From Chloroflexota bacterium (GTDB lineage: Bacteria > Chloroflexota > Limnocylindria > Limnocylindrales > CSP1-4): DNA of 63,982 bases. The notes below the pieces were generated by a model. That model made no database searches, had not been told where the DNA came from, and saw only the letters and a list, made by a program, of their open reading frames with translations. The position numbers and the translations under genes are program-made. Location: contig JAXDKU010000139.1 in assembly GCA_034667005.1 (NCBI GenBank), forward strand, positions 1 to 63,982. The letters are read 5' to 3'. Positions 50,270-58,985 of the stretch are shown piece after piece. Each line of letters begins with the position of its first letter. Within the stretch, counting starts at the first letter, position 1.

Positions 50270-51541
50270 TCATGGGATCGCGACCTGGAGGTAGATGACC
50301 CCGGAGTCGGAATCGGCGCCGCCGACCTGGACGTGATACGTGCCGGCGTCGAGCGCGACGGAATCGCCGGGACCGGCGAGCACGCAGAGCTCCTCCGACA
50401 GACTGGAGAGCGCGGACCCCGAGTAGATCGCCCCGAAGGCGTCTGTGTCCTCGGCCGAGACGGTCATCGAGACCGTGACCGGGGCCCCCAGCACGAACGT
50501 GTACCAGCGCGTCGCGCCGGGCAGGTCCACGCAGCTGGCTTCCGGCTCGCCTGCCTGGAACGTGGCCTTGCGGGTGGGAACCATGGTCTCCTGGGGCGGG
50601 AGGGGTGTCGCGCCGGCGAACGCATCGTTGCCGGGCGGCGTGACTCCCTTGATGGTCAGCTCCGTGTCGCCGGATGCCGCGGTGTAGCCGCCCACCTGGA
50701 CGGAGTAGGTCCTGCCCTTCACGGCGCGGAAGGTGACCAGCGATTGGAACCCGTCGTATCCGCCCGAGGTGTCGTCGTTGCAGGCGACCTGGGCGAGCGA
50801 GCCAACGGATGTTCCCCGGTAGACCGCCAGGACCGTGTCGTAGTCGCTCGAGAGCGTGTGGACCTGGATGGCGCCCGTGTGTGACGGCGTGAAGGTGTAC
50901 CAGGCCGTGGCTCCCACCGGCGCGCAACCGGGCACCGGCTCCTCGAGGCCATAGGTGGCATTGCGGTTGGACAACGACGCGTGGAAGGGCAGCGAGCCGA
51001 CGGTCTTCGCGTGGGCGAAGCTGTCATTCGACGGCGAAGCGACCTTCTGCACGTGGAAGTGGAGCGTTCCGGCGATGTCGTCGCTGTCGTCCATGACCTG
51101 GATCCGGTAGGTCACGTTCTTCAGGGCCTTCCACGCCAGGCTCGAGGTCGTCAGGTCGTCCTGCTCGACCTGCCAGTTGCAGTCCACGAGGGCGAGGCTG
51201 CCGATCGAGGAGCCCGTGTAGACCGCGATCTCCGTGGAGAATCCGCTGCCGGAGGTGTCGGCACGGACCGTCATGGTCGATGCGGGCTTGAAGCTGTACC
51301 AGACCGTCGCATCGGGAGGAGACGCGCTCTCCGCGCAGTAGGGATTCGGCTCGGATGCCTCACCGGTGGCTCCGTCGATCGCGCGGCTGTCGCTGTAGGG
51401 CAGCGTCGCGATCGGCTGTTTGTTCGCGAAGGCGTCGTTGGCAGGATTGGCCGCGGCCGCGGCCGGCACGGCGAGCGACGCGAGCGCGAAGCTCGCGAGC
51501 AACGCAGGCAACAGCCTGCGGGCGATGGCGTGACGGCGCAT
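50270..51541 (-). CDS. Secreted triple PPC-like repeat protein (tandem paralog of 48957..50252)
   Basis: Lies in ORF 50270..52285 with start ATG 51541 after AAGGGGGA. The signal peptide is MRRHAIARRLLPALLASFALASLAVPAAAA. It has the same three-repeat architecture. Confidence 0.8.
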   Translation of the reverse strand: MRRHAIARRLLPALLASFALASLAVPAAAAANPANDAFANKQPIATLPYSDSRAIDGATGEASEPNPYCAESASPPDATVWYSFKPASTMTVRADTSGSGFSTEIAVYTGSSIGSLALVDCNWQVEQDDLTTSSLAWKALKNVTYRIQVMDDSDDIAGTLHFHVQKVASPSNDSFAHAKTVGSLPFHASLSNRNATYGLEEPVPGCAPVGATAWYTFTPSHTGAIQVHTLSSDYDTVLAVYRGTSVGSLAQVACNDDTSGGYDGFQSLVTFRAVKGRTYSVQVGGYTAASGDTELTIKGVTPPGNDAFAGATPLPPQETMVPTRKATFQAGEPEASCVDLPGATRWYTFVLGAPVTVSMTVSAEDTDAFGAIYSGSALSSLSEELCVLAGPGDSVALDAGTYHVQVGGADSDSGVIYLQVAIP

Positions 51542-51594
51542 GGATCCCCCTTCGGAACGACGGCGGCCGGATCGCGGCCGGGTGCGTTCCAATC

Positions 51595-52914
51595 CTACGC
51601 CGCGGCTCGCTCCTCGCGAACCCCCCACCACGCCTCGAATGCGTCGAACGTGGGCGCGATGGGCTCCGGGAGCGAGACGTCGCCACCGATCGCGTCCAGC
51701 GTCTTCAGGCCGTTGCCGGTGATGACGAGGACGACCTCGTCGTCGCGGCCGACGGATCCCTGCTCGATCGCGGTCCGCAGGGCCGCGAGCGTCACGCCCC
51801 CGGCCGTCTCCGTGAGGATGCCCTCGGTCTCGGCGAGCAGGCGCATGGAGTCGATCGTCAGCGCGTCCGGCACGCCGAAGATGCCGCCCTCGCTCCGCCG
51901 CGCCAGCTTCAGCGCGAAGCCGCCGTCGGCCGGGTTGCCGATGGCCAGTGAGCGGACGATGGTCTCGGGCCGCTCCACGGGCCGGACCACGTCGGTGCCC
52001 TCCGCGAACGCCGCGGCGATCGGGCCACAGCCGAGCGCCTGGCCGCCGATGAACCTCGGTGACGACGCCTCGATCAGCCCCAGCGTCGCGAGCTCTCCAA
52101 AGCCTTTGCCGAGCTTCGTGTAGAGCGACCCCGACGCCAGGGGCGCGACGATCACGCCGGGCGCGCGCCAGCCGAGCTGCTGCGCGATCTCGTAGGCCAG
52201 GGTCTTCGAGCCCTCCGCGTAGTACGGGCGCAGGTTGACGTTGACCACCGCCCAGCCGTCCAGCTCGCCGGTCAGCTCCAGGCACAGCCGGTTCACGCCG
52301 TCATACGGCCCGTCGACGCGGACGACGGTGGCCCCGAGCGCAGCCGCCTGGGCGATCTTGGCCGGCTCGAGGTCCGCCGGCACGAAGACGACGGCGCGCA
52401 TCCCGAGCGCGGCCGCCGAGGCCGCCACGGACGCCGACAGGTTGCCGGTCGAGGCGCATGCGAGCGTGGAGAAGCCGAACTCTGAAGCACGCGCGGCCGC
52501 CACTCCCACGACGCGGTCCTTGAAGGAGAGGGTCGGGTTGCGGGAGTCGTCCTTGACCCAGAGCCGCTCGAGGCCGAGGCGCGCCGCGAGGCGCGGCGCA
52601 TCGGTCAGGGGGCTGATCGGGACGGTGAGCCCGGCGGTCGGAATTCGGTCGAGCGGCAGGAGCTCGGCGAAGCGCCAGAGGTCGGCCGGACGGGAGTCGA
52701 AGCCGGCGCGGGAGACGCGCGAGGCGAGTTCGGGAAGGTCGTAGGTGGGCTCGAGGGGGCCAAAGCAGCGGGTGCAGACGAAGAGCGGGCCCGTCTCGTG
52801 GGGCGTTCCACAGGCCCGGCAGCGCAGGCCGGCGTAGCCCGGCACGAACGGCTGCGGAGGCGAGGTGCCCTCGGACAGGTACGGGTCGACGTGGGTGGTC
52901 GCGGTCTGGCTCAC
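51595..52914 (-). CDS. thrC: Threonine synthase with an N-terminal Cys4 zinc-ribbon
   Basis: Lies in ORF 51595..53076 with start GTG 52914, 6 nt after GAAGGAGC. It contains CRACG...CTRCFGPL, NPTLSFKDR (PLP lysine) and ASTGN. Confidence 0.88.
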   Translation of the reverse strand: MSQTATTHVDPYLSEGTSPPQPFVPGYAGLRCRACGTPHETGPLFVCTRCFGPLEPTYDLPELASRVSRAGFDSRPADLWRFAELLPLDRIPTAGLTVPISPLTDAPRLAARLGLERLWVKDDSRNPTLSFKDRVVGVAAARASEFGFSTLACASTGNLSASVAASAAALGMRAVVFVPADLEPAKIAQAAALGATVVRVDGPYDGVNRLCLELTGELDGWAVVNVNLRPYYAEGSKTLAYEIAQQLGWRAPGVIVAPLASGSLYTKLGKGFGELATLGLIEASSPRFIGGQALGCGPIAAAFAEGTDVVRPVERPETIVRSLAIGNPADGGFALKLARRSEGGIFGVPDALTIDSMRLLAETEGILTETAGGVTLAALRTAIEQGSVGRDDEVVLVITGNGLKTLDAIGGDVSLPEPIAPTFDAFEAWWGVREERAAA

Positions 52915-52976
52915 GGAGATGCTCCTTCTGATCGTGCTGGTCGTGTCGTGCTGCGGAGGTGGCCGGGAATCACGAA

Positions 52977-53001
52977 GGCCGCGACCTTGTCGGTCGCGGC
53001 C
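52977..53001 (-). other. Perfect 10-bp-stem hairpin in the thrC 5' leader (attenuator/terminator-like)
   Basis: On the minus strand, GGCCGCGACC-GACAA-GGTCGCGGCC is followed by TTCGTGATT, about 60 nt upstream of the thrC start. The region is a divergent intergenic spacer, so no upstream minus-strand gene needs terminating. Confidence 0.5.
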
Positions 53002-53228
53002 CCTGGATGCCGAGCCTGTGGACTCCGGTGCGGCGCTGGTCGTGTGCGCGCGGCGGTCCTCAGGCCCCCGATCCATCAGGGGCCCCGGGCATCGCCATGC
53101 GAATGTCCAGCGGCTTCACGTCCGGAGTCTGCCACGAAGTGGCATCGTCATGCAAGACGCGTCCTGAATCCGCGAAGGCTGGACACAGAAGTGCATAACC
53201 AACCCAGCCGGACTGTATAGTCGGTTCC

Positions 53229-53768
53229 ATGGACAGCAACGGCTCAGCCCCCGAGCGCCCCGGCACGACGCGCGCCGCGAAGCGCGATCGCCACCGCGCC
53301 ATCCGCGAGCTGGTCGCGCGCTTCCCGATCGCCAGCCAGCACGAGTTCGCCGAGCTGCTGGGCGAGCGCGGCTTCGACGTCACGCAGGCCACGGTCAGCC
53401 GTGACATCGCCGAGCTGGGGCTGGTCAAGGTCGTGCGGTCGGACCGCCACGTGTACGCGTCTCCCGAGGACCTCGCGCCGCTGCCCGTCCAGTCCGACGA
53501 GCCGCTCCGGCGGCTGCTGACGGACCTGCCGCTGACCGTCCGCCGTTCCGGGCTGATCCTCCTGCTGGTCTCGTCGCCAGGGAGCGCGAGCGCGATCGCC
53601 CAGGCCATCGACGAGTCGAACCTCCACGAGCAGGAAGGCACAGTCGCCGGCGACAACACCGTGCTGGTGCTCTTCGCGGACGAGGAGCGCCTGCTGCGCT
53701 GGCAGGCGAAGCTGGAGCGCATCCGCGGGCAGAGCACCCTCGCGGCGGCCGGAAGGGCCACCTCGTGA
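53229..53768 (+). CDS. argR: Arginine repressor
   Basis: R..I..L......I.SQ.E....L...G..VTQATVSRDI.ELGLVKV is the ArgR wHTH. The C-terminal GT.AGD.TVL is the arginine-binding motif. Confidence 0.9.
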   Translation: MDSNGSAPERPGTTRAAKRDRHRAIRELVARFPIASQHEFAELLGERGFDVTQATVSRDIAELGLVKVVRSDRHVYASPEDLAPLPVQSDEPLRRLLTDLPLTVRRSGLILLLVSSPGSASAIAQAIDESNLHEQEGTVAGDNTVLVLFADEERLLRWQAKLERIRGQSTLAAAGRATS

Positions 53769-54514
53769 ACGCAGACCCGGACCTGCTGCGCTCCCCGCGC
53801 GGCCCGCATCACGGCGGCACTCCGACCGAGCCGCTGAAGATCCTCGTCGTCGACGACGAGCCGGCGATGGTGGGCGCGCTCGGCGCGCTGCTCGGCCAGG
53901 CGGGCCACCGCATCGTGGCCGCCTACGACGGAGAGGAGGCGCTGCGCCGGTTCCGCAGCGACGCCCCGGACCTCGTGCTCTTGGATCTGGCCATGCCCGG
54001 CATGGACGGCGCCACGGTCGTGCAGCGCATCCGCGAGGAGAGCGACACCCCCATCGTGATCGTGTCGGGCGAGCGGGAACGGACCGCCACGGCCGAGCTG
54101 CTGGACCTCGGCGCGGACGACTACATCCGGAAGCCCTTCCGGGCCGACGAGCTGCTGGCGCGTGTCCGTGCGGTGGTGCGGCGCACGTCCTCGCGCAGCG
54201 CCGGGGTCGCGCCGGCCTCGGCCGCGCTCGCCGATTCCGGATGGGAGCTCGACCTGCGACGGCACGAGATTCGCTGGCAGGGCAGCGCCGTCCCGGCCAC
54301 GACGATCGAGTTCCGGCTGCTGCGCATGCTGGTCGAGCGGCTGGGCGAGCTGGTGGCTCACCGTGACCTGCTCGAGGCGGGCTGGCCGGACGTGCCGGAC
54401 CCCGACCCGCTCTGGCTCAAGTCGCACGTGGCGCGGCTGCGGGACAAGCTGATCGCGGTCGGCGCCCCCACTCCGGTCGCGGTCCGCGCCGTCGGCTATC
54501 GCCTCGAGGAGTAA
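53765..54514 (+). CDS. OmpR-family response regulator with no cognate kinase adjacent (GlnR-like by context)
   Basis: The GTG start overlaps the argR stop (GTGA). The receiver domain has ILVVDDE ... LVLLDLAMPGMDG ... KPF. The C-terminal winged helix has EFRLL..L ... VGYRL. Confidence 0.88.
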   Translation: MNADPDLLRSPRGPHHGGTPTEPLKILVVDDEPAMVGALGALLGQAGHRIVAAYDGEEALRRFRSDAPDLVLLDLAMPGMDGATVVQRIREESDTPIVIVSGERERTATAELLDLGADDYIRKPFRADELLARVRAVVRRTSSRSAGVAPASAALADSGWELDLRRHEIRWQGSAVPATTIEFRLLRMLVERLGELVAHRDLLEAGWPDVPDPDPLWLKSHVARLRDKLIAVGAPTPVAVRAVGYRLEE

Positions 54515-54583
54515 CGTCCCACGCCGTCAGGCGAGGAAACGCCCGCGCACGGTTGCGGCAGCGTCGCAGGGGCCCGAGGTCCG

Positions 54584-54621
54584 GGCACGATCCCGAAACC
54601 CAGATCGGACCGCCCGGGAAC
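54584..54621 (+). promoter_or_regulatory. GlnR-box-like element upstream of amt (four NNNAC pentamers at exact 11-nt spacing)
   Basis: GGCAC-N6-GAAAC-N6-CGGAC-N6-GGAAC compares with the actinobacterial consensus gTnAc-N6-GaAAc-N6-GtnAC-N6-GAAAc. It lies about 105-140 nt before the amt ATG. Confidence 0.35.
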
Positions 54622-54724
54622 TTCCTCTCCACCGCCCTGGTGCTGATCCGCGGCTGACCGCCGCCTAGCCTCCAAACGTTGGCCCGGGTGCCCCACTTGT
54701 TCCGGGCGGCCAGAGGAGACACCG

Positions 54725-55954
54725 ATGCCGGAAATCAACGCGGGCGATACCGCCTGGATGCTGACCTCGACGGCGCTCGTGATGATCATGCTGCCGGGAC
54801 TCGCCCTCTTCTACGGCGGCCTCGTGCGCCGGAAGAACGTCCTTTCCACGATCATGCACAGCTTCTTCGGGCTGGCGATCGTGAGCGTGGTCTGGGTGAT
54901 CGTCGGCTTCAGCCTCGCCTTCGGGCCGGACGTCGGCGGCTTCGGGCTGATCGGCAACCTCGACTACAGCTTCTTCATGGGCGTCGGGCTCACGCCGAGC
55001 ACGACCTACGGCCTGACCATCCCGTTCGTCCTGTTCGCAGCCTTCCAGCTGATGTTCGCGGCGATCACGCCCGCCCTCATCACCGGAGCCTTCGCCGAGC
55101 GGAAGCGGTTCGCTGCCTTCGTCCTGTTCACGACGCTCTGGTCGGTCCTCATCTACTCGCCGATCGCGCACTGGGTCTGGGCGGCCGACGGCTGGCTCTT
55201 CAAGCTCGGGGCCCTCGACTTCGCCGGCGGCACCGTGGTCCACGCGTCGTCCGGCGTTTCCGCACTGATCGTCGCCATCCTCATCGGCCGGCGCGTCGTC
55301 AACGGCGACCGGATGGAGCCGCACGACGTCCCCATGACGGTCCTCGGCGCGGGCCTGCTGTGGTTCGGCTGGTTCGGCTTCAACGCCGGATCTGCCCTCA
55401 GCGCCGGCGGGCTTGCCGCCAGCGCGTTCATCGTCACCAACACGGCCGCCGCCGCGGCAACGCTCACCTGGGTCGGCGCGAGCTACCTCCGCACCAGGAA
55501 GGTCAGTGTGGTCGGTGCGGCCTGCGGGTCCGTCGCCGGGCTCGTGGCCATCACCCCGGCATCCGGCTTCGTGACGCCGGGCGGCGCCCTCGTGATCGGC
55601 CTCGTGGCCGGCGGGCTCTGCTACAGCGCCACGCTGCTCCGGGAGCGGATCAAGGTGGACGACGCGCTCGACGTCTTCGCGGTCCACGGCGTCGGAGGCG
55701 TGTTCGGGGCGCTGGCGACGGGCATCCTCGCCACGAGCGCCGTCCAGGCCGCGTACAAGGGAGCGATCGACGGCAACGTCGCCCAGGTCGCCACGCAGCT
55801 CGTCGCGGTCGGAGCGACGATCGCGTACGCCGTCGTCGGCACGTTCGTCATCGTGAAGGTGGTCGACGCGATCCTGGGCATCCGCGTCAACGCGGCCCAG
55901 GAGGAGGCGGGCCTGGACATGGCGCTCCATGGGGAGGTCGCGTACCAGGTCTAG
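54725..55954 (+). CDS. amt: Ammonium transporter (Amt family)
   Basis: It contains DTAWML.STALVM.M.PGLALFYGG, DFAGG.VVH and GVHGVGG, with 11 predicted TM segments. Confidence 0.92.
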   Translation: MPEINAGDTAWMLTSTALVMIMLPGLALFYGGLVRRKNVLSTIMHSFFGLAIVSVVWVIVGFSLAFGPDVGGFGLIGNLDYSFFMGVGLTPSTTYGLTIPFVLFAAFQLMFAAITPALITGAFAERKRFAAFVLFTTLWSVLIYSPIAHWVWAADGWLFKLGALDFAGGTVVHASSGVSALIVAILIGRRVVNGDRMEPHDVPMTVLGAGLLWFGWFGFNAGSALSAGGLAASAFIVTNTAAAAATLTWVGASYLRTRKVSVVGAACGSVAGLVAITPASGFVTPGGALVIGLVAGGLCYSATLLRERIKVDDALDVFAVHGVGGVFGALATGILATSAVQAAYKGAIDGNVAQVATQLVAVGATIAYAVVGTFVIVKVVDAILGIRVNAAQEEAGLDMALHGEVAYQV

Positions 55955-56046
55955 CCGTCGCCACACGACCGTCCAGAGACGGGAGCTCCTTCGGGCGCGC
56001 CGCTTCCAGGCACCGCGCCAGACGCGTTCCCACTCACGCGCGGGTC

Positions 56047-56073
56047 GGCCGGCTCTTCTCCCAGGAGCCGGCC
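56047..56073 (+). terminator. GC-rich hairpin downstream of amt (possible terminator, weak U-tract)
   Basis: GGCCGGCTC-TTCTCCCAG-GAGCCGGCC. Confidence 0.35.
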
Positions 56074-56198
56074 GGCTTGCGCGCCGTGACCGTTTCGCGA
56101 CCGAAGCCACACCTCCAAACCACTGACCGAACTGCGCCCGAGGCAGACACTTGAAACCTCAAATCGCATCAGCTTGCCTGCTGGGCAGGAGGTCCCCT

Positions 56199-56492
56199 AT
56201 GTACGGAACGATCACCGAGTGGCTACGCCCACCCGATCCCACTGGTCCGGTCACGTGTGCCGTCTGCGGCTGCCGGCTGGTCCAGTCCGGGCCCGAGAGC
56301 GCGGCATGGCGCCACTTCTCGTCACTCCACCCCGGCCAGGACGCCCGCGGATGCCGAACGGCGTGCGTGGACGATCTGCACACGCGAAACGGACGGGTCC
56401 TGGCGGACCGCCGTGAGCCGATCCCGTTCATGATCGACGAGGGCATGGACGAAGCCCTCATGCCCGGTCGCGAGGACGTCGCGGCCGCCTGA
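56199..56492 (+). CDS. Small hypothetical Cys/His-containing protein (97 aa)
   Basis: Lies in ORF 56151..56492. ATG 56199 is 6 nt after AGGAGG. CAVCGC ... H ... H ... C...C suggests metal binding. No family was recognised. Confidence 0.5.
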   Translation: MYGTITEWLRPPDPTGPVTCAVCGCRLVQSGPESAAWRHFSSLHPGQDARGCRTACVDDLHTRNGRVLADRREPIPFMIDEGMDEALMPGREDVAAA

Positions 56493-56581
56493 CCCCCGAC
56501 TCCATTCCTCCGCCCCAGGACCCGCGGTCGCTCGCCGCGGGTCTTGTGGCATCCAGGGGTTGTTCGAGGCTGCGCTCCGCC

Positions 56582-57382
56582 TCAGGCCGCGGCGGGGCTG
56601 GGGTTGAACGAGGGCAGGTGGCAATCGGCGGTGAGGCCTCCGTCGATCGTGTAGACGGCGCCCGTGATGAACGACGCGTCATCCGACGCGAGGAACGCCA
56701 CCAGGTTCGCGATCTCCTCCGCCTCGGCGATGCGGCCGAGAGGATGGGCGCCCCCGATCGCCTTCTTGTACTCGTCCTCCCGGCCCTTGGCCAGGATCTG
56801 CGCGGCGCGGGTGCGGACGCTGCCGGGGCAGACGCAGTTGACGCGGATGCCATCCGGTGCGGCCTCGAGGGCGGCGGCCCTGGTGAGGTTCACGACCGCG
56901 GCCTTCGCGGCGCAGTACGAGGCCATGTTGCGTTCGCCGAGGAAGCCGTCGATGGAGCCCGTGTTGACGATGGTGCCGCGGCCCTGACGGCGCATGATCG
57001 GCAGGCTGTACTTGATGCCCAGGAACGTGCTCGTGGCGGTGACGGACATCACCCGGTTCCAGCTCTCGAGCGTCAGCTCCTCGACCGGACCGGGCTCCGC
57101 GAGGCCCGCGTTGTTGAACATGATGTCCAGGGCGCCAAAGCGTTCCATCGCCAGGTCGATCCCGGCGGGCACCGTCTCGGGCACGGCCACATCGCCCTTC
57201 ATCCACGCGACCTCGCCGCCGGCGGCCTCGATCTCGGACGCGACGGCCTCCGCGCGCGTGCCGCTGATGTCCAGCAGGACCACCTTGGCGCCTTCGCGGG
57301 AGAAGAGCTTCGCCGTCGCCGCGCCGATCCCTGATCCGCCTGCCGTGACCACGGCAACGCGACCCTCGAACCTGTTCGTCAT
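56582..57382 (-). CDS. SDR-family oxidoreductase (paralog of 8516..9316)
   Basis: Lies in ORF 56582..57403 with start ATG 57382 after GGAGG. It contains TAGGSGIGAATA, NNAG and YCAAKAAV. It is collinear with the SDR at 8516 along the whole length. Confidence 0.9.
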   Translation of the reverse strand: MTNRFEGRVAVVTAGGSGIGAATAKLFSREGAKVVLLDISGTRAEAVASEIEAAGGEVAWMKGDVAVPETVPAGIDLAMERFGALDIMFNNAGLAEPGPVEELTLESWNRVMSVTATSTFLGIKYSLPIMRRQGRGTIVNTGSIDGFLGERNMASYCAAKAAVVNLTRAAALEAAPDGIRVNCVCPGSVRTRAAQILAKGREDEYKKAIGGAHPLGRIAEAEEIANLVAFLASDDASFITGAVYTIDGGLTADCHLPSFNPSPAAA

Positions 57383-57589
57383 CGTGACCTCCAGCGCGGG
57401 CATACCCGTCGCAGCGAGCCGGGACGTGTCGCCCGGATGGGGAGACTTCGAAGACTATCAAAATAGGCTCGCGACGGACCGGCCGTCCGCGGCCCCGCGG
57501 CGGCCTCCGCGGCGCGACGGGTCGGGCTATCATTTCCACGCTTATCGAAGAGTCGCGGACGGCGACGCCGGCAGGAGGGTGACGTAGCC

Positions 57590-58927
57590 ATGGCATCGCT
57601 GGCGCCCGCGAGCGCGATGTCGAGCGAGGACATCGCTCGATTCGCCAAGGAGCACACCTTCTTCTCCTGGTCGGTCCAGGGGAGCGTCGACCCGATCGCC
57701 ATCGATCGTGCCGAGGGCGTCTGGCTGTACACGCCAGAGGGCCGCCGGATCCTGGACTTCAACAGCCAGCTCATGTCCGTGAACATCGGCCACGGCGACC
57801 AACGCGTCATCAGCGCGATCACCGAGCAGCTGGCCAAGCTCCAGTACGTGCAGCCCGCGTTCGTGACGGAGATCCGCGCGCGGCTCGGCAAGAAGCTGGC
57901 CGAGATCCTCCCCGGCGACATGGACAAGGTCTTCTTCACGCTGGGCGGCGCCGAGGCGGTCGAGAACGCCATCAAGTTCGCGCGCCACTACACCGGCCGC
58001 CACAAGATCCTGGCGCGGTACCGCAGCTACCACGGCGCCACGGCCGGCGCCATGACGCTGACCGGCGATCCTCGTCGCTGGGCCAACGAGCCGGGCATCG
58101 TGGGCGTGGTCCGCTACCCCGACACGCACCAATGGGGCGAGCGCGATCCGCGGCCGGCCGCCGAAAGCCTCAAAGGGCTCGAGGACGTGGTCATGTACGA
58201 GGGCCCCCACACGATCGCTGCGATCTTCCTCGAGACGATCGTGGGCACCAACGGCATCCTCATCCCGCCGGACGGCTACATCCAGGGCGTCCGCGAGATC
58301 TGCGACCGCTACGGCATCCTCATGGTCGCCGACGAGGTCATGGCCGGCTTCGGCCGGACCGGGCGCTGGTTCGCGGTCGACCACTGGGACACCGTCCCGG
58401 ACCTGATGACCATGGCCAAGGGCCTGACGTCGTCGTACCTGCCGCTCGGCGGCGTGGCCATGCGCCACCACATCGCCGAGAAGTTCGAGACGATGATGTT
58501 CTACGGCGGGCTGACCTACTCGAGTCATCCGGCCAGCCTGGCCGCCGCGCTGGCGACGATCGGCGTGTACGAGGAGGACGGGCTCATCGAGCACGCCGCC
58601 GCGATGGGCCCGGTGATGCGCGGCCACCACGAGCGGCTGGCCGCGAAGCACCCGAGCGTCGGCGCCATCCGGAACCTGGGACTCTTCGGGGTGCTGGACC
58701 TGGTCCGCCGGCAGGATCCGTACACCCCGCTCACCAGCTTCAACGGCACGTCCGACGAGACGAAGGCGGTCGGCAAGTACCTGCGCGACCATGGCCTCTA
58801 CACGGTGATCATCAACAATTCGCTGCATACCAATCCGCCGCTCTGCATCACCGAGGAGGAGCTCGCGGAGGGCTTCTCGATCATCGACGGGGCGCTCGAC
58901 ATCGCGGATCAGGCCGTCCAGGCCTGA
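57590..58927 (+). CDS. Class-III PLP aminotransferase (omega-amino acid:pyruvate aminotransferase-like)
   Basis: It contains LGGAEAVENAIKFAR, YHGAT, ADEVM.GFGRTG and TMAKGLTS (PLP lysine). Confidence 0.88.
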   Translation: MASLAPASAMSSEDIARFAKEHTFFSWSVQGSVDPIAIDRAEGVWLYTPEGRRILDFNSQLMSVNIGHGDQRVISAITEQLAKLQYVQPAFVTEIRARLGKKLAEILPGDMDKVFFTLGGAEAVENAIKFARHYTGRHKILARYRSYHGATAGAMTLTGDPRRWANEPGIVGVVRYPDTHQWGERDPRPAAESLKGLEDVVMYEGPHTIAAIFLETIVGTNGILIPPDGYIQGVREICDRYGILMVADEVMAGFGRTGRWFAVDHWDTVPDLMTMAKGLTSSYLPLGGVAMRHHIAEKFETMMFYGGLTYSSHPASLAAALATIGVYEEDGLIEHAAAMGPVMRGHHERLAAKHPSVGAIRNLGLFGVLDLVRRQDPYTPLTSFNGTSDETKAVGKYLRDHGLYTVIINNSLHTNPPLCITEEELAEGFSIIDGALDIADQAVQA

Positions 58928-58985
58928 TCCGGCGGCCCTGACCCCAGACCCAGAACCCAGAACCGACAGGTCGCGGTCCGCGCCC

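Noticed and set aside
52915-53228. Known ncRNA (SRP/4.5S RNA, 6S, RNase P, SAM-IV riboswitch) in the thrC/argR spacer
   Set aside because: The conserved cores are absent on both strands: GGAAGGAAGCAGC of SRP RNA, GAGGAAAGTCCGG of RNase P, and GCAACC/GGTGCC of the SAM boxes.
54526-54562. A second GlnR-like box (GTCAG-N5-GAAAC-N6-GCACG-N6-GCAGC) just after the response-regulator stop
   Set aside because: The first spacer is 5 rather than 6 nt, and the last two pentamers match the consensus poorly. Only the 54584..54621 element keeps the exact 11-nt register.
57404-57589. CTATCAAAATAG palindrome (57455..57466) and TATCAT (57528..57533) as operator/promoter elements in the SDR/aminotransferase divergent region
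   Set aside because: These short A/T-rich elements are plausible -10 boxes, but no matching -35 is present and the motif recurs nowhere else in the window. The evidence is too weak to call.
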